DNA from: Lama guanicoe
Taxonomy: Eukaryota
Length of the DNA stretch: 64,000 nucleotides
NCBI GenBank assembly: GCA_013239625.1
Contig: MU054323.1
Coordinates: 20,109,082-20,173,081 of the forward strand
Direction of reading: 5' to 3'
This document shows, piece after piece, positions 13,733-26,779 of the stretch (the stretch's first letter is position 1; the number at the start of each line of letters is the position of its first letter). Made by a program: the position numbers and the translations under genes. The notes under the pieces are model-generated. The model searched no databases. It was not told the DNA's origin and worked only from the letters and a program-made list of their open reading frames with translations.

Positions 13733-14378
13733 TTAATTTAGGAACTCAGCAGAGAGGCTCCTACTATATCTGGCTGATCTAAACTTGAGCTCATGATAAC
13801 ACTGCACAAAGCTATGGTAGATAAAAGTGATAGGTAGAGCCAATAAAACAATTCCACTGACAACACAAACTCCTCCAAGAATTCTTCCAGGCACTGTGAT
13901 AGGATACATATCTCCATAGCCAACTGTAGTCATAGAGATAATCACCCACCAGCAGGCAGCAGGGATGCTGGCGAAGTCCTTGTTGGATGTTTCCAGGTCC
14001 AACCCATGTTCAAGAAGCTGAGAAAGTGCACTAAAGATTGCCATGGCAACACAAATGAAGACAAGTAACATAACCATCTCTCGGTAACATCGTTTGAGAG
14101 TCAAACCAAGTGTCTGAAGACCAATGAAGTGACGGGCAAGCTTAATCACCCAAAAAATCCTCATCATTCTAAGTACCCTCAAGGTGACTCCAGCCCTCTG
14201 GAGTTGAGAGTTCTCGCCCGTAAATACCGTCATTAACACGGAGATGTAATACGGCGTGATTGCCAGTAAATCTATGATGTTCAGGGGTCTCTTGACAAAC
14301 TCACACTTGTTTTTGGAGACGATGAACCTCACGATGCACTCTGCAGTGAACCAACCTATGCAGATGGCTTCAATTATC
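13733..14378 (-). CDS. KCNG3: KCNG3 coding exon 2: S2-S6, pore and C-terminus
   Basis: Acceptor TTCTCTTGACAG|G ATA ATT GAA (G-I-I-E-A...) at 14379/14378. S4 LRVLRMMRIFWVIKLARH, pore TTVGYG, S6 LALPIT (PxT of silent Kv subunits). TAA stop at 13735-13733. Confidence 0.97.
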
Positions 14379-15146
14379 CTGTCAAGAGAACAAAAGAAGA
14401 ATAGATCATCTTATTTTTAAGCATTTTAATAGCTCTTAGATTTCTTCAGATAGTACTACACTGACATACTAATTCAGTTATTTTTCCAGAAAACAAAGAA
14501 CAGACAGCATAACCAACATCATCAGATCCACTGGGATGCAACAGAACAACAAATATTTCAACACATGAAAACTGAACTTGATAAAGTTCTTATTTACATA
14601 CAGCATATAATACCATTGGCAAAAAAAAATTTGTTTGCTTGTCACTAGTACTTTAAAAAAAAAAACCAATCTATCTCTTATTTGGTGGCTTGAAATTAAC
14701 TTACACTCAGCTTGCCACAATAGGAAATATTATTCTGTGAGGACAGTGGTTCTCTACTGTGATCTAAGTTATTACATGGGTCAGAAGGATTTGGTTCCTA
14801 CAGACAGTAGACATGCCCAAGTTTTCTATGATTTCCTGGTAAATAAGAGTGAACTCAAGATCATTTCCTAACATGTTATTCTGCCTTTTTTCTCCTACAG
14901 GCATGTGTGGGAGACACTGAACACGAGCCCGCCTTTTGGGCTTTGCAGGCATGCCAGTGCCCTCATCAGGAGAGCGCCAGGTCATGACCATCCTCACCAC
15001 AAGCATCACATGGAAAAAAGGCTGCAGACTCCTGCACTGAAGCGAAGTAATCATTAGAATTTCCCCAAAGATCCAGCAAGTTTGTTTGTTTCCATAGCTA
15101 TTTTTATGCAACATTTAAAAACTATAAGGCCACATTTTACCTAGAG

Positions 15147-15312
15147 CAGTGTTCACCAACCTTTCCACATCACTGCACACATTGAAAATAATATTATTTG
15201 CATAGCATACTGGTATCAAGGGGTGGTATTCCTGAAGTAGACGCCACCAGCCTTATCCCGCACTCCCTAAGGCTGAGGAATTAAATCTCAGCACACTGGT
15301 TAGGAAGCCCTG
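15147..15312. mobile_element. hAT-Charlie MITE (MER112-like)
   Basis: TIRs CAGTGTTCACCAACC / GGTTAGGAAGCCCTG. Confidence 0.55.
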
Positions 15313-15833
15313 ATCCAGGGTGAGAGGTAACCCTGAGGTAATTTTTAACTAAGTTACATTTTTAAACTCAAATTAAAAACTACAATTATTACACTACCAT
15401 TCATTTTCCACCACATAATTCTGTCTTACCACTGACCTAGACCCAAACATCAGAAGCACAACAGAGAGAGAAGAAAACGGATCAGGTGGAATGGTAAGGC
15501 CTATGGGGCAACATTTTGAAAAGTTACCCAAAACACAGAACACAAATTGCCCTGGATGTTACTCAGGAAAATGAATAAATAAAATTAACCATGTTCCCCT
15601 ACTACAGAGGCTCCCAGAGACATAAGGATTAATTAATTTATTTTTTGAATAGGTAGTACATTCACATGGTTCAAATTAAAAAGGTAAAAAAAAGAGTATG
15701 GAAAGAAAATTCTCACTCTTACCCTATGCTCCAGCCACTCAGTTCCCCAGGACTCACTCCAGTCACCAATCCCTCAGGGCACTGGTTACAAGGGCAATTG
15801 CCACTGACCACCAAGAAAGTCTATGAAGTTAAG

Positions 15834-16321
15834 TGTATTAATTTCTTGTGGCTGCTGTAAAAAATTACCACAAACTTGGTGGCTTAAGATGACAGAAAAA
15901 ATTTATTTTTCATCGGTTCCAGAGTTCAGAAGTGTCAAGTCATTCATTACCACTGGGCCAAAATCAAGCGTCAGGAGGGCCCCACTCCCTTCAGAAGCTC
16001 TAGGGGAGATCCCATTCCCTGCCTCTTCCAGCTTCTGCAGGCTGTTGGCATTCCCTGGCTTGTAGGAATGGCACTACAAGCCAAGGAATAGCAAATCACT
16101 CCTATCCCTGCCACTGTGGACACTGTGTCAAATCTCCATCTTGTAAGGATACATGTGATACCACTTAGAGCCCCTGGGATGATCCTGGAGAATCCCCCCT
16201 TCTCAAGATCCTTAATTTAATCACATCTGCACCTTTTGATGCATAATATCCACTGGTTCCCAGGGATTAAGACTTGATATCTTACAGGGGGAGAGAGGGA
16301 TTATTTTTCAGCCTATACACA
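15834..16321 (-). mobile_element. MaLR solo LTR (MLT1C-like)
   Basis: TGTATTA..GGCTGCTGTAA..AATTACCACAAACTTGGTGGCTT terminus typical of a reversed MLT1. Confidence 0.8.
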
Positions 16322-16604
16322 AACTAACCAGGAAGATAAAGCCCACAGTGAAAGCAATTCAACCTACTCCCTGGTGAGGGAGGTCAGCAGAGGAAGCCAC
16401 AGCCACCCCTACTATTTCTCTACTGTATTATCTGCCGCTCTGCTCACAGACCGCATTACTCTGCACTTGGCAGCAGATTCCCTGTCCCCACCAAGCTGTA
16501 AGCAAAAGCTGCTGCCATGATGGCCTCTACGAACCTAGAGGTTTAGAGGGTAATGAAACTTGGTAGATGTAGAGAAGAGGAAGCTGTATTTTTTCAGTAT
16601 GCAA

Positions 16605-16722
16605 TTTTTGTTTTTTTGTGGGGGAGGTATGTATTTTTTTTTTATGGAGGTACTGGGAAATGAACCCAGGACCTTGTACATGTTAAGCGTGTACTATGCC
16701 ACTGAGCTATATACCCTTCCCC
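16605..16722 (-). mobile_element. Vic-1-like SINE
   Basis: Reverse-complement SINE with TSD TCAGTATGCA at 16594 and 16723. Confidence 0.85.
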
Positions 16723-16789
16723 TCAGTATGCAGTTTTAATAAACTTAATATCATGGGGCCCTTCTCTCTGATAATGCTCATCAAATATT

Positions 16790-17100
16790 CCATACATTCT
16801 TCCATATTTCCAGCCCCTTCTAGTTAGGCAGGGTCATGTGACCAGTTCTGACTAATGAGCTATGAGCAAAGTGACTACAGTTCTGGACAGAGGCGTCGAA
16901 GAGTGGGTGTGAATTCTCTTCCCTGCCAGGCAACCTGGAAGGCATGTATCATAAATGGCTCCAAGATGGTGGGGTCCCTCTCAGCCCAAGTTCCTGAGTA
17001 TCTGTGCAAAGAAAGACAGACATTCTCCATCCCACCTCTAACTGGACATGAATAAATCTTTGTTGTGTTAAGCCACCAAGACTTCTAAATTGGTAATAAA
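16790..17100 (+). mobile_element. MaLR LTR fragment (MLT1I/J-like)
   Basis: CATGTGACCAGTTCTG...AATAAATCTTTGTTGTGTTAAGCCAC motifs. Confidence 0.6.
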
Positions 17101-17919
17101 GGTAATCGACTGGCAAAGTAAGTAGTAAGATGCACACTCAAAAAGGACTGCAAGAGCACAAAGCAGTCATAGTAACAGTTGTCTCAGATAGGCTGTGGTT
17201 ACCAGTTCCCCAGCTAAAATACCACGTCTCCTCTCTAGCGGGACATGAGCAAGAGCTAGACCTGGTGCCGGGAGGCCTGCTATTTCTCTCATCTTCTAAG
17301 GGCTCTCCCAGCAATACAATCCTAAGATTCTATTAAATTAAGAAGATTAAAAATTTTAATTGTGCCAAAAACACCAGAACATTTTCAGCTAAGTACTTCC
17401 ACCAGCAGCCAAATTGTTCAGATTAAAAAGGAGGAAATCCAAATGACGCAAAATAATCTCTCAGCAAGGAAATTTCAGAGAGGTAAACTTGTCTATAATG
17501 AGGCCCACTGGGCTCTTCCTACCCACCCCCGAAGGCAGACACAGTTTATCCAGAATTCCACGCTAAAGGAATGAATCAGTGAGAAACCCCAGGCACCCCT
17601 CTTTCACCTAGGATTATGCCAAGGCAGTCTCCAACAACAAACACCACAAAGCCTGCCAAAATTCCCCATGTTTCCAAATGGCACTCTTGCCAATGCCACC
17701 TCCGGCAACTTCTGAAAAACTGAGTACTGTTTTACTGAGCAGTATTGAGTGGTATAGCAAATAGTCGGGTGCTCTGAAGGTTTCTTCTATAAAAAAACAC
17801 ATTGGAAAATGGAACAGAAGAAGGTATTGAAGCCCACAACCCTTTGAAGGCCATTCTGATTTCTTTTGAGGCCAAACATATAGAAGTTAATGAATCCACA
17901 GCTAAAAATTTATTTCCTA

Positions 17920-18140
17920 CTTATTGAGGCCTTTCAGTTGGGCATGGTGCTAAGCACTTTGCAGACATCACCTCATTTAACCCTTTTCTAGAACTCAATG
18001 AAGTATGTATTTCCCCTAATAACTCCATTTTATAGACAACAAAAATAGAACTGAAAAGTTACACATCTCTTCCAAGATCACACAACTATGAAATTGCAGC
18101 GGCACAGGCAATGAAATCCGGATCTATTGGGCTTTGAAGC
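17920..18140 (-). mobile_element. MIR
   Basis: Reverse MIR core (CCATTTTATAGA...CCAAGATCACACA). Other MIRs lie near 21555, 23005, 31735, 40120 and 53000. Confidence 0.65.
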
Positions 18141-19203
18141 ACTAAGAAACATCTGAAAAGGCTGATGATTTTTACGACAGTGTTCATTGTTAATATTAAA
18201 TGGTATATGTCAATCTCTTAGTCTCCACAGTTTATGTGTTAGAGCAGCACTTTTCATACTGCTGGTTCTTAACCCATTAATGGATGAAAATTGACCTGTC
18301 TTTGTAAGCTAAATAGAAGTATTAAAGTGCATCAGAGTATAGCTTCATGAAATGTTTGTTTCAGTTCCGTATAAATGTATACTAAGTTATGGTGTAAAAT
18401 GAGGCACTGACGGACTTCAAAAATTGCTGGCAATCATCACTCATTCTAATTCCTCTGATTCTTCATGATAGAAGGCATTTCTGGGAATGACTCAGAAGTT
18501 TACAAACAGGCTGCAAAGGAGAATAAATGCTCTCAGTGCTAACTAGTTCTACCCCCATGTCCCCCAATCTGAAAAAAAAAGACTAGGACAGGACATAAGA
18601 GGTCATTAACTACATTGTGTAAGGTAAAGGTCAGTTTCCCTCTCAGTCCTATCTTCCCAACTTTTTCCCTCCATATTTTATCATGAAAAATTTCAAACAT
18701 GGAACAAATTCATTAATACTTTAAATATACTTGCCTATCACCAAATCACCCCTCTATTCATCTATTAATCTATCTCTTTTTTCCTGGATGCATTTTAAAG
18801 TAAATCCAGACATCAGTGCCCTTCCCTCTGAAGACTTCAGAGTGCATATAATTAACTAGAATTCAATATCTGTTTTATTTTTTTCTTTTGATGTGAACTC
18901 TACATGCAATATAATGTGCAAATCTTGTAAGTGCACATTCGCTGAGTTTTGACAAATGCATAACCTCTATCACCAAAGCTCCTACTGAGATATAGAGCAT
19001 TCACATCACCTGAGAGTTCCCTACCTTATTCATATTTGTATCTCCTGCCCTCACTTCCCAAACCATCAGACACACAGCAAGTGCTCAAGAGCTGTTTGTC
19101 CAGTACAATGTAAGTGACTTTGACAGAACCCGAAGGACTGAGATGGCTCTTCTGGGAACTTTAAGGGATAACTGAAGCCTGCCATCAAAAGTGAGCTGAA
19201 TTC

Positions 19204-20710
19204 AGTTGGACTTTTATCTTACACCAAATGCAAAAATTAACTCAACATGGATTAAAAACCTAAATGTAAGATCATTTAAACAAAAAGATATATATTTTTA
19301 AAACCTCCTAGAAGAAAATACATAGGAAAAGCTTCATGATATTGGACTTGGCCTTGATTTTTTGGATATAACACCAAAAGCACAGACAACAAAAGCAAAA
19401 ATAGACAAATGAAACTGTTAAATTTAAAAGCTTTTGTGCATCAAAGGACACAATCAACAGAGTGAAAAGGTAACTTACAGAATGGAGAATATTTGCAAAT
19501 CATATATCTAATAAGGTGTTAATATCCAGAATACATACCAAACTCCTAAGTTTGACAATGAAGAATCAAATAACCCAATATAAAAATGAGCAAAGGTCTT
19601 GCAGAAACATTTCTTAAAGATGATTTACAAATGGTCAACAAGCATACGAAAAGATGCTCAACATCATTAATCACCTGAGAAATGCAAATCAAAAGCATCA
19701 CAAAGGTATCACCTAACACCCATTAGGATGCCTACTATTAAAAACAGAAAATAAGTCTTGAAGAGGATGCAATGAAATTGAAATCTCTGTCCACTGTTCG
19801 TAGGATTGTAAAATGGTTCAGCCACTATGGAAAATCATACAGAGGTTCCTCAAAAAATTAAAAATGGAACTCCCATATGATCCAACAATCCTACTTCTGG
19901 GTGTATATCCAAAGGAATTGAAAGCAGGGTCTCAAAGAGATAAATACACAACTGTGTTTATTCATACCAACATTACAATAGTCAACAGGTGGAAGCAACC
20001 CAAATGTCTACTGATGGGTGAAATCAACAGAATGTGTTATAGCTTACAACGGACTATGATTTGACTTTACAAAGGAAGGAAATCCCATCACATGCTAAAA
20101 ATGGATGAACCTTCAGGACATTGTGCTAAGTAAAATAGAGCCAGGCACACACACACACACAAAGACAAATATTGTATGATTTAGCCTATATGAGGTATCT
20201 AATGTAGTCAAATTCAGAGAAACATAAAGTAGAGTGGTGGTTACCAGGGCTGAGGGAAGAGGAAAAAGAATTGTTGTTTAATGGGTATTTCCCTCAATAA
20301 TCTCCATTTTACAGATTACAAAACTGAGACTGAAAAGTTAAACATCTTTTCTAAGATCACACAGCTAAGAAATTGCAGTGGCACAGGTAATGAAATCCCA
20401 GATTTACTGGGCTTTGAAGCACTAAGGAATATATGAAAATGCTGATGATTTTTATGACAATGTTCATTGCTAATGTTAAATGACATATGTCAATCTCTTA
20501 GTCTCCATGGTTTATGTGTTAGAGTAGCATTTTTCATACTGCTGGTTCTTAACCCAGCTTCAAATTTGCAAGATGAAAAAGTTCTGGAGATGTGTTTCAT
20601 AACAAAGTGAATATACTTAACACAATTGAATAGTACATTTAAAAATGGTTTGGATGGTAAATTTTATGTTATGTATTTTTAGCACAATAAAAAAAAAAGA
20701 AAAGAAAAGA
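19204..20710 (+). mobile_element. L1 (L1MA/MB-like) 3' fragment, interrupted by a 272-bp insert
   Basis: ORF2 C-terminal remnant (VQPLWK...ELPYDP), then 3'UTR, AATAAA and A tail. Confidence 0.88.
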
Positions 20711-20711
20711 A

Positions 20712-20789
20712 GGCAATAGGATTTGAATTCATGCTCCTAAAGAGACTGGAGTCTTAATCCAGACCCTTAGACCACACGGCCATGCTACC
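20712..20789 (-). pseudogene. Degenerate tRNA-Leu(AAG) pseudogene
   Basis: Minus strand GGTAGCATGGCCGTGTGGTCTAAGGGTCTGGATTAAGACTCCAGTCTC...TTCAAATCCTATTGCC aligns to mammalian tRNA-Leu-AAG. The A and B boxes are mutated and the acceptor stem is shortened. Confidence 0.85.
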
Positions 20790-21215
20790 CACTGGATCAA
20801 GGGGAAAAAAGGATGCTGATCCCGCCATTAAAGTATTGACTTACATTCTGTTTTACTGCAAAAGGATTTAAGGTGATTGCTCTTGTCATTTGCACCAGCT
20901 AGAACCTGATTAAAATTCAATATTACAAAGACAATTAAGAAAATTAAAATATAAAAAAGCCAAAGACAATATTTTTACTGAATAGCTGCTTGAAAAAGTT
21001 AAATGAATGACACAAACATAAAACAGAACAGAAACTATCTGAAATAGCTATTATGTATGTAATACATATACATATGTAATTATAATAAAATCATATTTAA
21101 AAATAAGTATAATATCACAATTCTTAAGAATATAACATAAGAAAATGCTTTATGAATTCAAACCCCAATAACGGTTTCTTTTTAAATTGGAATCGGATTT
21201 TAAGTTCAATTTTAA

Positions 21216-21362
21216 GGGGAGGGTATAGCTCAGTGGTAGAGTATGTGGCCTAGCATGCACGAGGTCCTAGGTTCAATCTCCAGTATCGCCATTAAAATAA
21301 AACAAATAAACCTAATTACCCCCAAAAAATAAATAAATAAAAATGAAATCATTTTAAAAAAG
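21216..21362 (+). mobile_element. Vic-1-like SINE
   Basis: GGGGAGGGTATAGCTCAGTGGTAGAG head and A-rich tail. Confidence 0.85.
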
Positions 21363-22895
21363 GATTCAACTTCATAGTTTCAGCGGGGAAAAATGAAATA
21401 CAAGTTCCTTAAAGACACATATATGTTGACATATAAGCATAAAAGATAACAGAGATTGTTTTTCACCCCCCCAAAAAATGTCCTTCATTTGTACATGAAA
21501 GTGTACAGCACAGGGGAGAAGACAGGAGGATCTTGAAGCAGGCAACCCTCGCCCACTAGTAACTTGCTGTGGAACCACAGATAAGGCATTTAATCTCTTT
21601 TCCTATATTTTCCTCAATGGTTAAGGGATGAGAATAGTAACAGAATCCATCTCTCAGGTTGTGGTAAGAATTAAGTGAAATAGTGTGTAATAGTAGTAAG
21701 TGCCCAATAAATTGTATCTATAATTATCATTATAACCAACCATCTCTGAGCTCACAGTCTTCCCCCTTCATATGCAAAAGGAGATCCCGCAATGTTTTCC
21801 TGAGCGCCAAGAGAAGACAAGAATGAACACTCCATCCTTTCATTCCCTTTTCTCCCAGGAATTCTGCCTATATTCTCGCACACTGCTGGTTGTAGCAGAA
21901 GCTGGTAAAACCACTTAAAAGAGCAATCGGCAGGGTTTGACAAGGTTCATACAGCACAGGAGACCTAGTCATCCACTCTAGGAATTTATCCTACAGACAC
22001 ACCCTCATATTTACACAAGAGTATGTACAACGAGAGCCAGTTTGTAACACCCAAGGATAAAAAATACATGAACGTCTATCCACAGGAGATGGATTCTATA
22101 AATGTATTTCCCAAAGTTATCAGGTTGAATCATATGAAACTGACATGGGAAATTTTATGACTCCACCTTACACCATGTAGCCACGAAAAGGAATGAGGCG
22201 CATTACTGCTCTTTGACATGAACCAGTCTTCAAAGTGTACAGGTGCAGATGCAGAACAGTACACACATTATGCTCTAATTGTGCGCGTGTGTGTGCGCGC
22301 ACAGGTGTGTTGGAAGGATACTCAGGAAACTGTTAATATCTGTTGCTGCCTCTAGGGAAGGAGCCATCTGATGCAGGATGGAAACTCACTTTTTACTTTA
22401 TTGCTTTTTGTACAGTTAAATGACTTACCGCATGCACATATTTACTTTTCCAATTAAAAAAAGTTTTTAAGAAAAAGTAAAAAAGCATGCCCAACTAGAA
22501 GAGCAATCATCATAATGGACTTATCAGTGGCCTGAATCAACCAGCAGCACACCTCTGGCAGAGGCACCCTTCCTACCCCAAGCTTTAAGACTTAAATGTA
22601 TGAGGCATTTCCAATCACATTTCCAACAGGTATGTGCAATGTGATGATATCTATAGTATCATGAAAATTTCCAACAAACTGCACATCAATGTCCACCACA
22701 TTACATACAGTCTCTTTCATGCCCTTATAAGAGTTTTCTCCACGAGTTCAATGGGGAAAAAAGGACTTTTTTATTAAAAATTTGATTTTTTTCTTACATA
22801 TTTTAATTACCTTACAGAAAAACAAATCCATAACATTCATATCTTTTTATCTTCTACTGTAGATCAGTAATGAGAATAAACAAAAACACACATTA

Positions 22896-22986
22896 GGGGT
22901 GGAGGGCACACCCAGTGACAGAGTGCATGCTTGGTATTCATAAGGTCCTGGGTTCAATCCCCAGTATCTCCATTAAGAGGAAAAAA
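22896..22986 (+). mobile_element. Vic-1-like SINE (short form)
   Basis: SINE head. TSD AAAAACACACATTA, with the CA run expanded in the 3' copy. Confidence 0.8.
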
Positions 22987-25171
22987 CACACACACACATT
23001 AAAACACTTACTAAGTACTAAGCATCTGTCCATAAATTTATGCATATTAATTCACTTAATTCTCACAACTGAATGCAACCGGTTTTGTTATTTTCCCCAC
23101 CTATAAACGAGGAAACTGAAGCAAAGGTAAGTCACTTGCTCATGCCACACAGCTAATAAATGGCAGATTAGTAACAGTACTCATTGATTATGTAATACAT
23201 TGAATCCTGGCTGTGATTTATGTACTTTCTTATAGCTGCAAAATGTACATTTATGTATTTTCTTACAGCTGAAATTAATGTTAGTTTATGTTCCTCACTT
23301 GATAGTACTTGGTTTACTTATGCCTGTGTTTGGATGGCACTGCTTTAGCAGATGTGGCAGGATATGGATACTGATGAACAGAAGGGTCACTCCTCCACCA
23401 CTGGGGATTGGTTGCTGAGGACTGGCCTCCCCTTAGGAGTTTTTAAGGAGCTGCTATTATTCTACTGGATCTCTTCTACCAGTAACCACGTCCACTGGGC
23501 TGCCCTTGCTCTTTTCACTGCCTGCTTAGCAACTGGGGGTTCTACCTCCTAACTGCACAGCACAGTTTCTCCTCTGTTGTTCCTGTCCTTTGTTTTGGCA
23601 ACAACACCAGTTCCACATTCTCTTTCTACAGATAAACAGGGAAGGATGACCCACTACAAAGGAAAAACCAAGTTCTTAACTGTACATCCAAGGACCCCAA
23701 CACCTGCTCTGCTAAGACAGGAGGCAAGCCATTGTAAATAATCTCCATCAAAGACCAAGAGTGTGTTTCTGTGAAAAAAAATCACAGGAAATTACTACAT
23801 ATAACCCTTACCCCTGTGAGACTGGTGCTTTAAATATACCATGTCATGTTCATAGGTATAAATGTACTCAGAAAAGGAGCCAGGTTATCAAATTGTTGAC
23901 AGTGGTTTTCCCAAAAGAAAGAGGGAGATTGGCAAGAGGGATGACTGTAAAATTAGGAATCCATTTTTTTGCTATAAACATCTATGAATAGTTGAATTTT
24001 TCACAACTGGAATGTATTCAAGCATTAACTATGTGATTCTTTAAGTAGCATTTATGGATATATTATTATTACACTTCAGGGCCCAAAAGTTGGTCATCAT
24101 TACTGTATTATCCCTATTTGATAGATAAGAAAACAAGTTCCGAGCTGAGTCAGTGGCCTAACTGAGGCAAGGGTTTGCAGCATGGACATTTCCGCTGCGG
24201 AAGGGACCGAAAACAGGAGGTCTGGTATGCGACTACTAACATTCAAAAACAAAAACAAAGACCAGAAACCAAGCAGTGATCATAGAAAAAGAAGAGGGGC
24301 CAGGTCAGAAAGGCACAGATGCAAAAAAGTGTCACAGTGCACAGAAATCAAGGGAGCCTCGTTGGGCTGCAAAGTGAGATGTGCAGTGGGAAGAGGGGGT
24401 GATTGTCGGCCCCATGGCTATAAACCTTATGGCAACACTGAAGCTTTATGGCAAAGCTGATGGACTTTCAAAGTCAAGGTACAGCATTAAAGGCAAAAGG
24501 AACCTATTAAAGATCTGGCAACAGGTGGATTCATTCATTGAATAAGCATTTTTTCAAGAGGTCACTATGTGCTGGGCATGTTGCCAGGCCCGCGAGCTGG
24601 GAAGAGGCCAAGTGTACTGTGGGAATACGCATTGGGCAGGAGTTTACGGGATGACAGGAGAGTGCGAACAGTCAAGAGGCTATGACACAGGCAAGAGAAA
24701 TGAAAGGCCCAAAGTGGCGGGAGATGATGCAAATAAAATGAAATGAAATGACAGGTGTTCTAGGTGGACATACACATACGAGTGGAGAGACCCAAAATCT
24801 GTGGTCTGGTTCTCACTGCCCAAAGATGACAGCAACAGAAACTGAGAAACCCATCAGCACCTGCACACTCAGGCCACCTGCATTCTCCACACCAGGTGGG
24901 CCTCGTTCATCCTGCAGGTACAGTAATCTCTTCTGCCCCAAACAGACACAAATTCATCTAAATAATGCCACAAGAAAATCAATCTTATTGTAAGATTTAA
25001 TCTGTTCTCATTCCACATAGCTACCAGATGGAGTCCACTCCTTTTTCATTTAATTGGCAATTCATTAGTAAAAGAATTAAGAAAACAGAAAAGGTATCAA
25101 GAGGCCATACTCCTCTTCAGACATGAACATCTTATAAAAACAGATACCAATTCTTTTCTTTAATAGCATTT

Positions 25172-25839
25172 TATCCTTTTTTAATTGAAACACAGTTGAC
25201 ATAACAACATTATGTTAGTTTCAGGTGTGCTACATTGAGATTTGACATTTGCATACATTATGAAATGATCACCATGATAAACCTAGAAACCATCTGTCCC
25301 CTCACAAAGTGATTACAATATTATTGACCATATTCCTTATGCTATATTACATTTCCGTGGCTTATTTATTTTCTAACTGGATGTTTGTACCTCTTAATCT
25401 CTTTCATTTATTTTGCTCTCCCTCATCCCCTGGCAACCACACGTTTGTTCTCTGTATCAATGACTGTTTTCATTTTGGTTTGTTTGTTTTGTTTAGATCC
25501 TACATATAAGTTGAGGTCATATGGTATTTGTCTTCTTCTGTCTGAATTATTTCGTTTAGCATTCTATCCTCTAGATCCATCCATGTTGCTGCAAATGGCA
25601 ATATTTTTTATGGTAATATTCCATTGTATATATGCGTGTGTGTGTGTGTGTATACATGTATATACATATATGTGTGTGTGTGTATAATATATATAAATAA
25701 ATATACTATATATAATATAATATATATAAATAAATATATATATATTCCACATCTTCTTTATCCATCCATCAATGAATACTTAGGTTGCTTCCATATCTTG
25801 GCTATTATAAATATTGCCACAAGGAACATTGGTGTGCAT
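25172..25839 (-). mobile_element. L1 3' end with internal (TG)n/(TA)n
   Basis: Antisense L1 3'UTR with TSD ATAGCATTT at 25163 and 25840. Confidence 0.8.
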
Positions 25840-26779
25840 ATAGCATTTCTGGATGATAAAATAGTTTGACTATAGAGTCACTTAAAAAAATCAATTTGAA
25901 AAGAATGATGTTTTTTAAAGTGAGGTCATTCTTGCTAATATCATCATTGACTTTTATCTAATGACAGGTAAATAATTTGTCCAGAGCACTACTTCAGTTA
26001 TTTTTTCAGGTATTCACAAACAAACATCAGGACATAAATGATACTTCTTCACATACAAAGTTTCCAACATACACTTAAAAATAGAAAATTTCATTAATTA
26101 TAGGGATAATGTTAAATATCCAGATGCAAGGTCCTATTCAAATAACATGCAAAGTGTTTTATTCTACAGTCATGGAATGTAAAACACTCACAGCACTAAA
26201 AGCAGCATCACTCAATGCCCAGGAATGAGTTACTGGCTCCTAACTATCATCAGATAACAGCTAAATCCATGATCATATCTGTACAATGCGCCAGCATCAT
26301 TCCACTTCCTGCCTTGTACCATCTGCTCCAAGCAATGGAGAGTCTTCATGCCTTTTGCTTTTGCACATCTATCTCCCCTTCTTGGCTAACAGCAACCAGG
26401 CCTTCAAGTCTGAGCTCAAGAATCACCACCCTTGGAAAGTCTCACCTGAGGTTCCTAGCTTGGCTGGGTTTCTCCTGTGTCCTCCATAATACTCAATGTT
26501 TATCTCCAGCACAGCACATATCACACTGTGTCCTGGCTGTACCTTTACCTGTGGCTCCTCAGGTAGGGGGCAAAGTGGGAAGTATCTTTACAAAAAAAAT
26601 CACTATGTTGCTTAGTAATGGCACTGAATAGGTATTCAGCAAATACGTTGTTTGAATAAATTAATGGCGTAACAAACTTTATTATTAGTGAGTTCAGCTG
26701 TTTTATCAGGTCTTGTGAAATATTTAGGACAAAATGATGTATTGGTTGTTATTATTTTAAAAATAAAGACAATGCATTA

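Noticed and set aside
13820..14200. S6 PIT motif and Trp within the S4 charge series as inactivating mutations
   Set aside because: These are normal features of KCNG3 and silent Kv subunits. The reading frame is intact.
13733..14332. 199-aa ORF as a stand-alone K+ channel gene
   Set aside because: It is KCNG3 exon 2. The called start is an internal GTG and the true exon begins at 14378.
21216..21290. tRNA-like sequences with A and B boxes at about 10 sites
   Set aside because: These are SINE heads with A tails and TSDs, not tRNA genes.
23320..23640. GC-balanced stretch that looked like a decayed coding sequence
   Set aside because: The minus-strand frames I tried hit stops and resembled no protein I know. 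It may be an ancient repeat.
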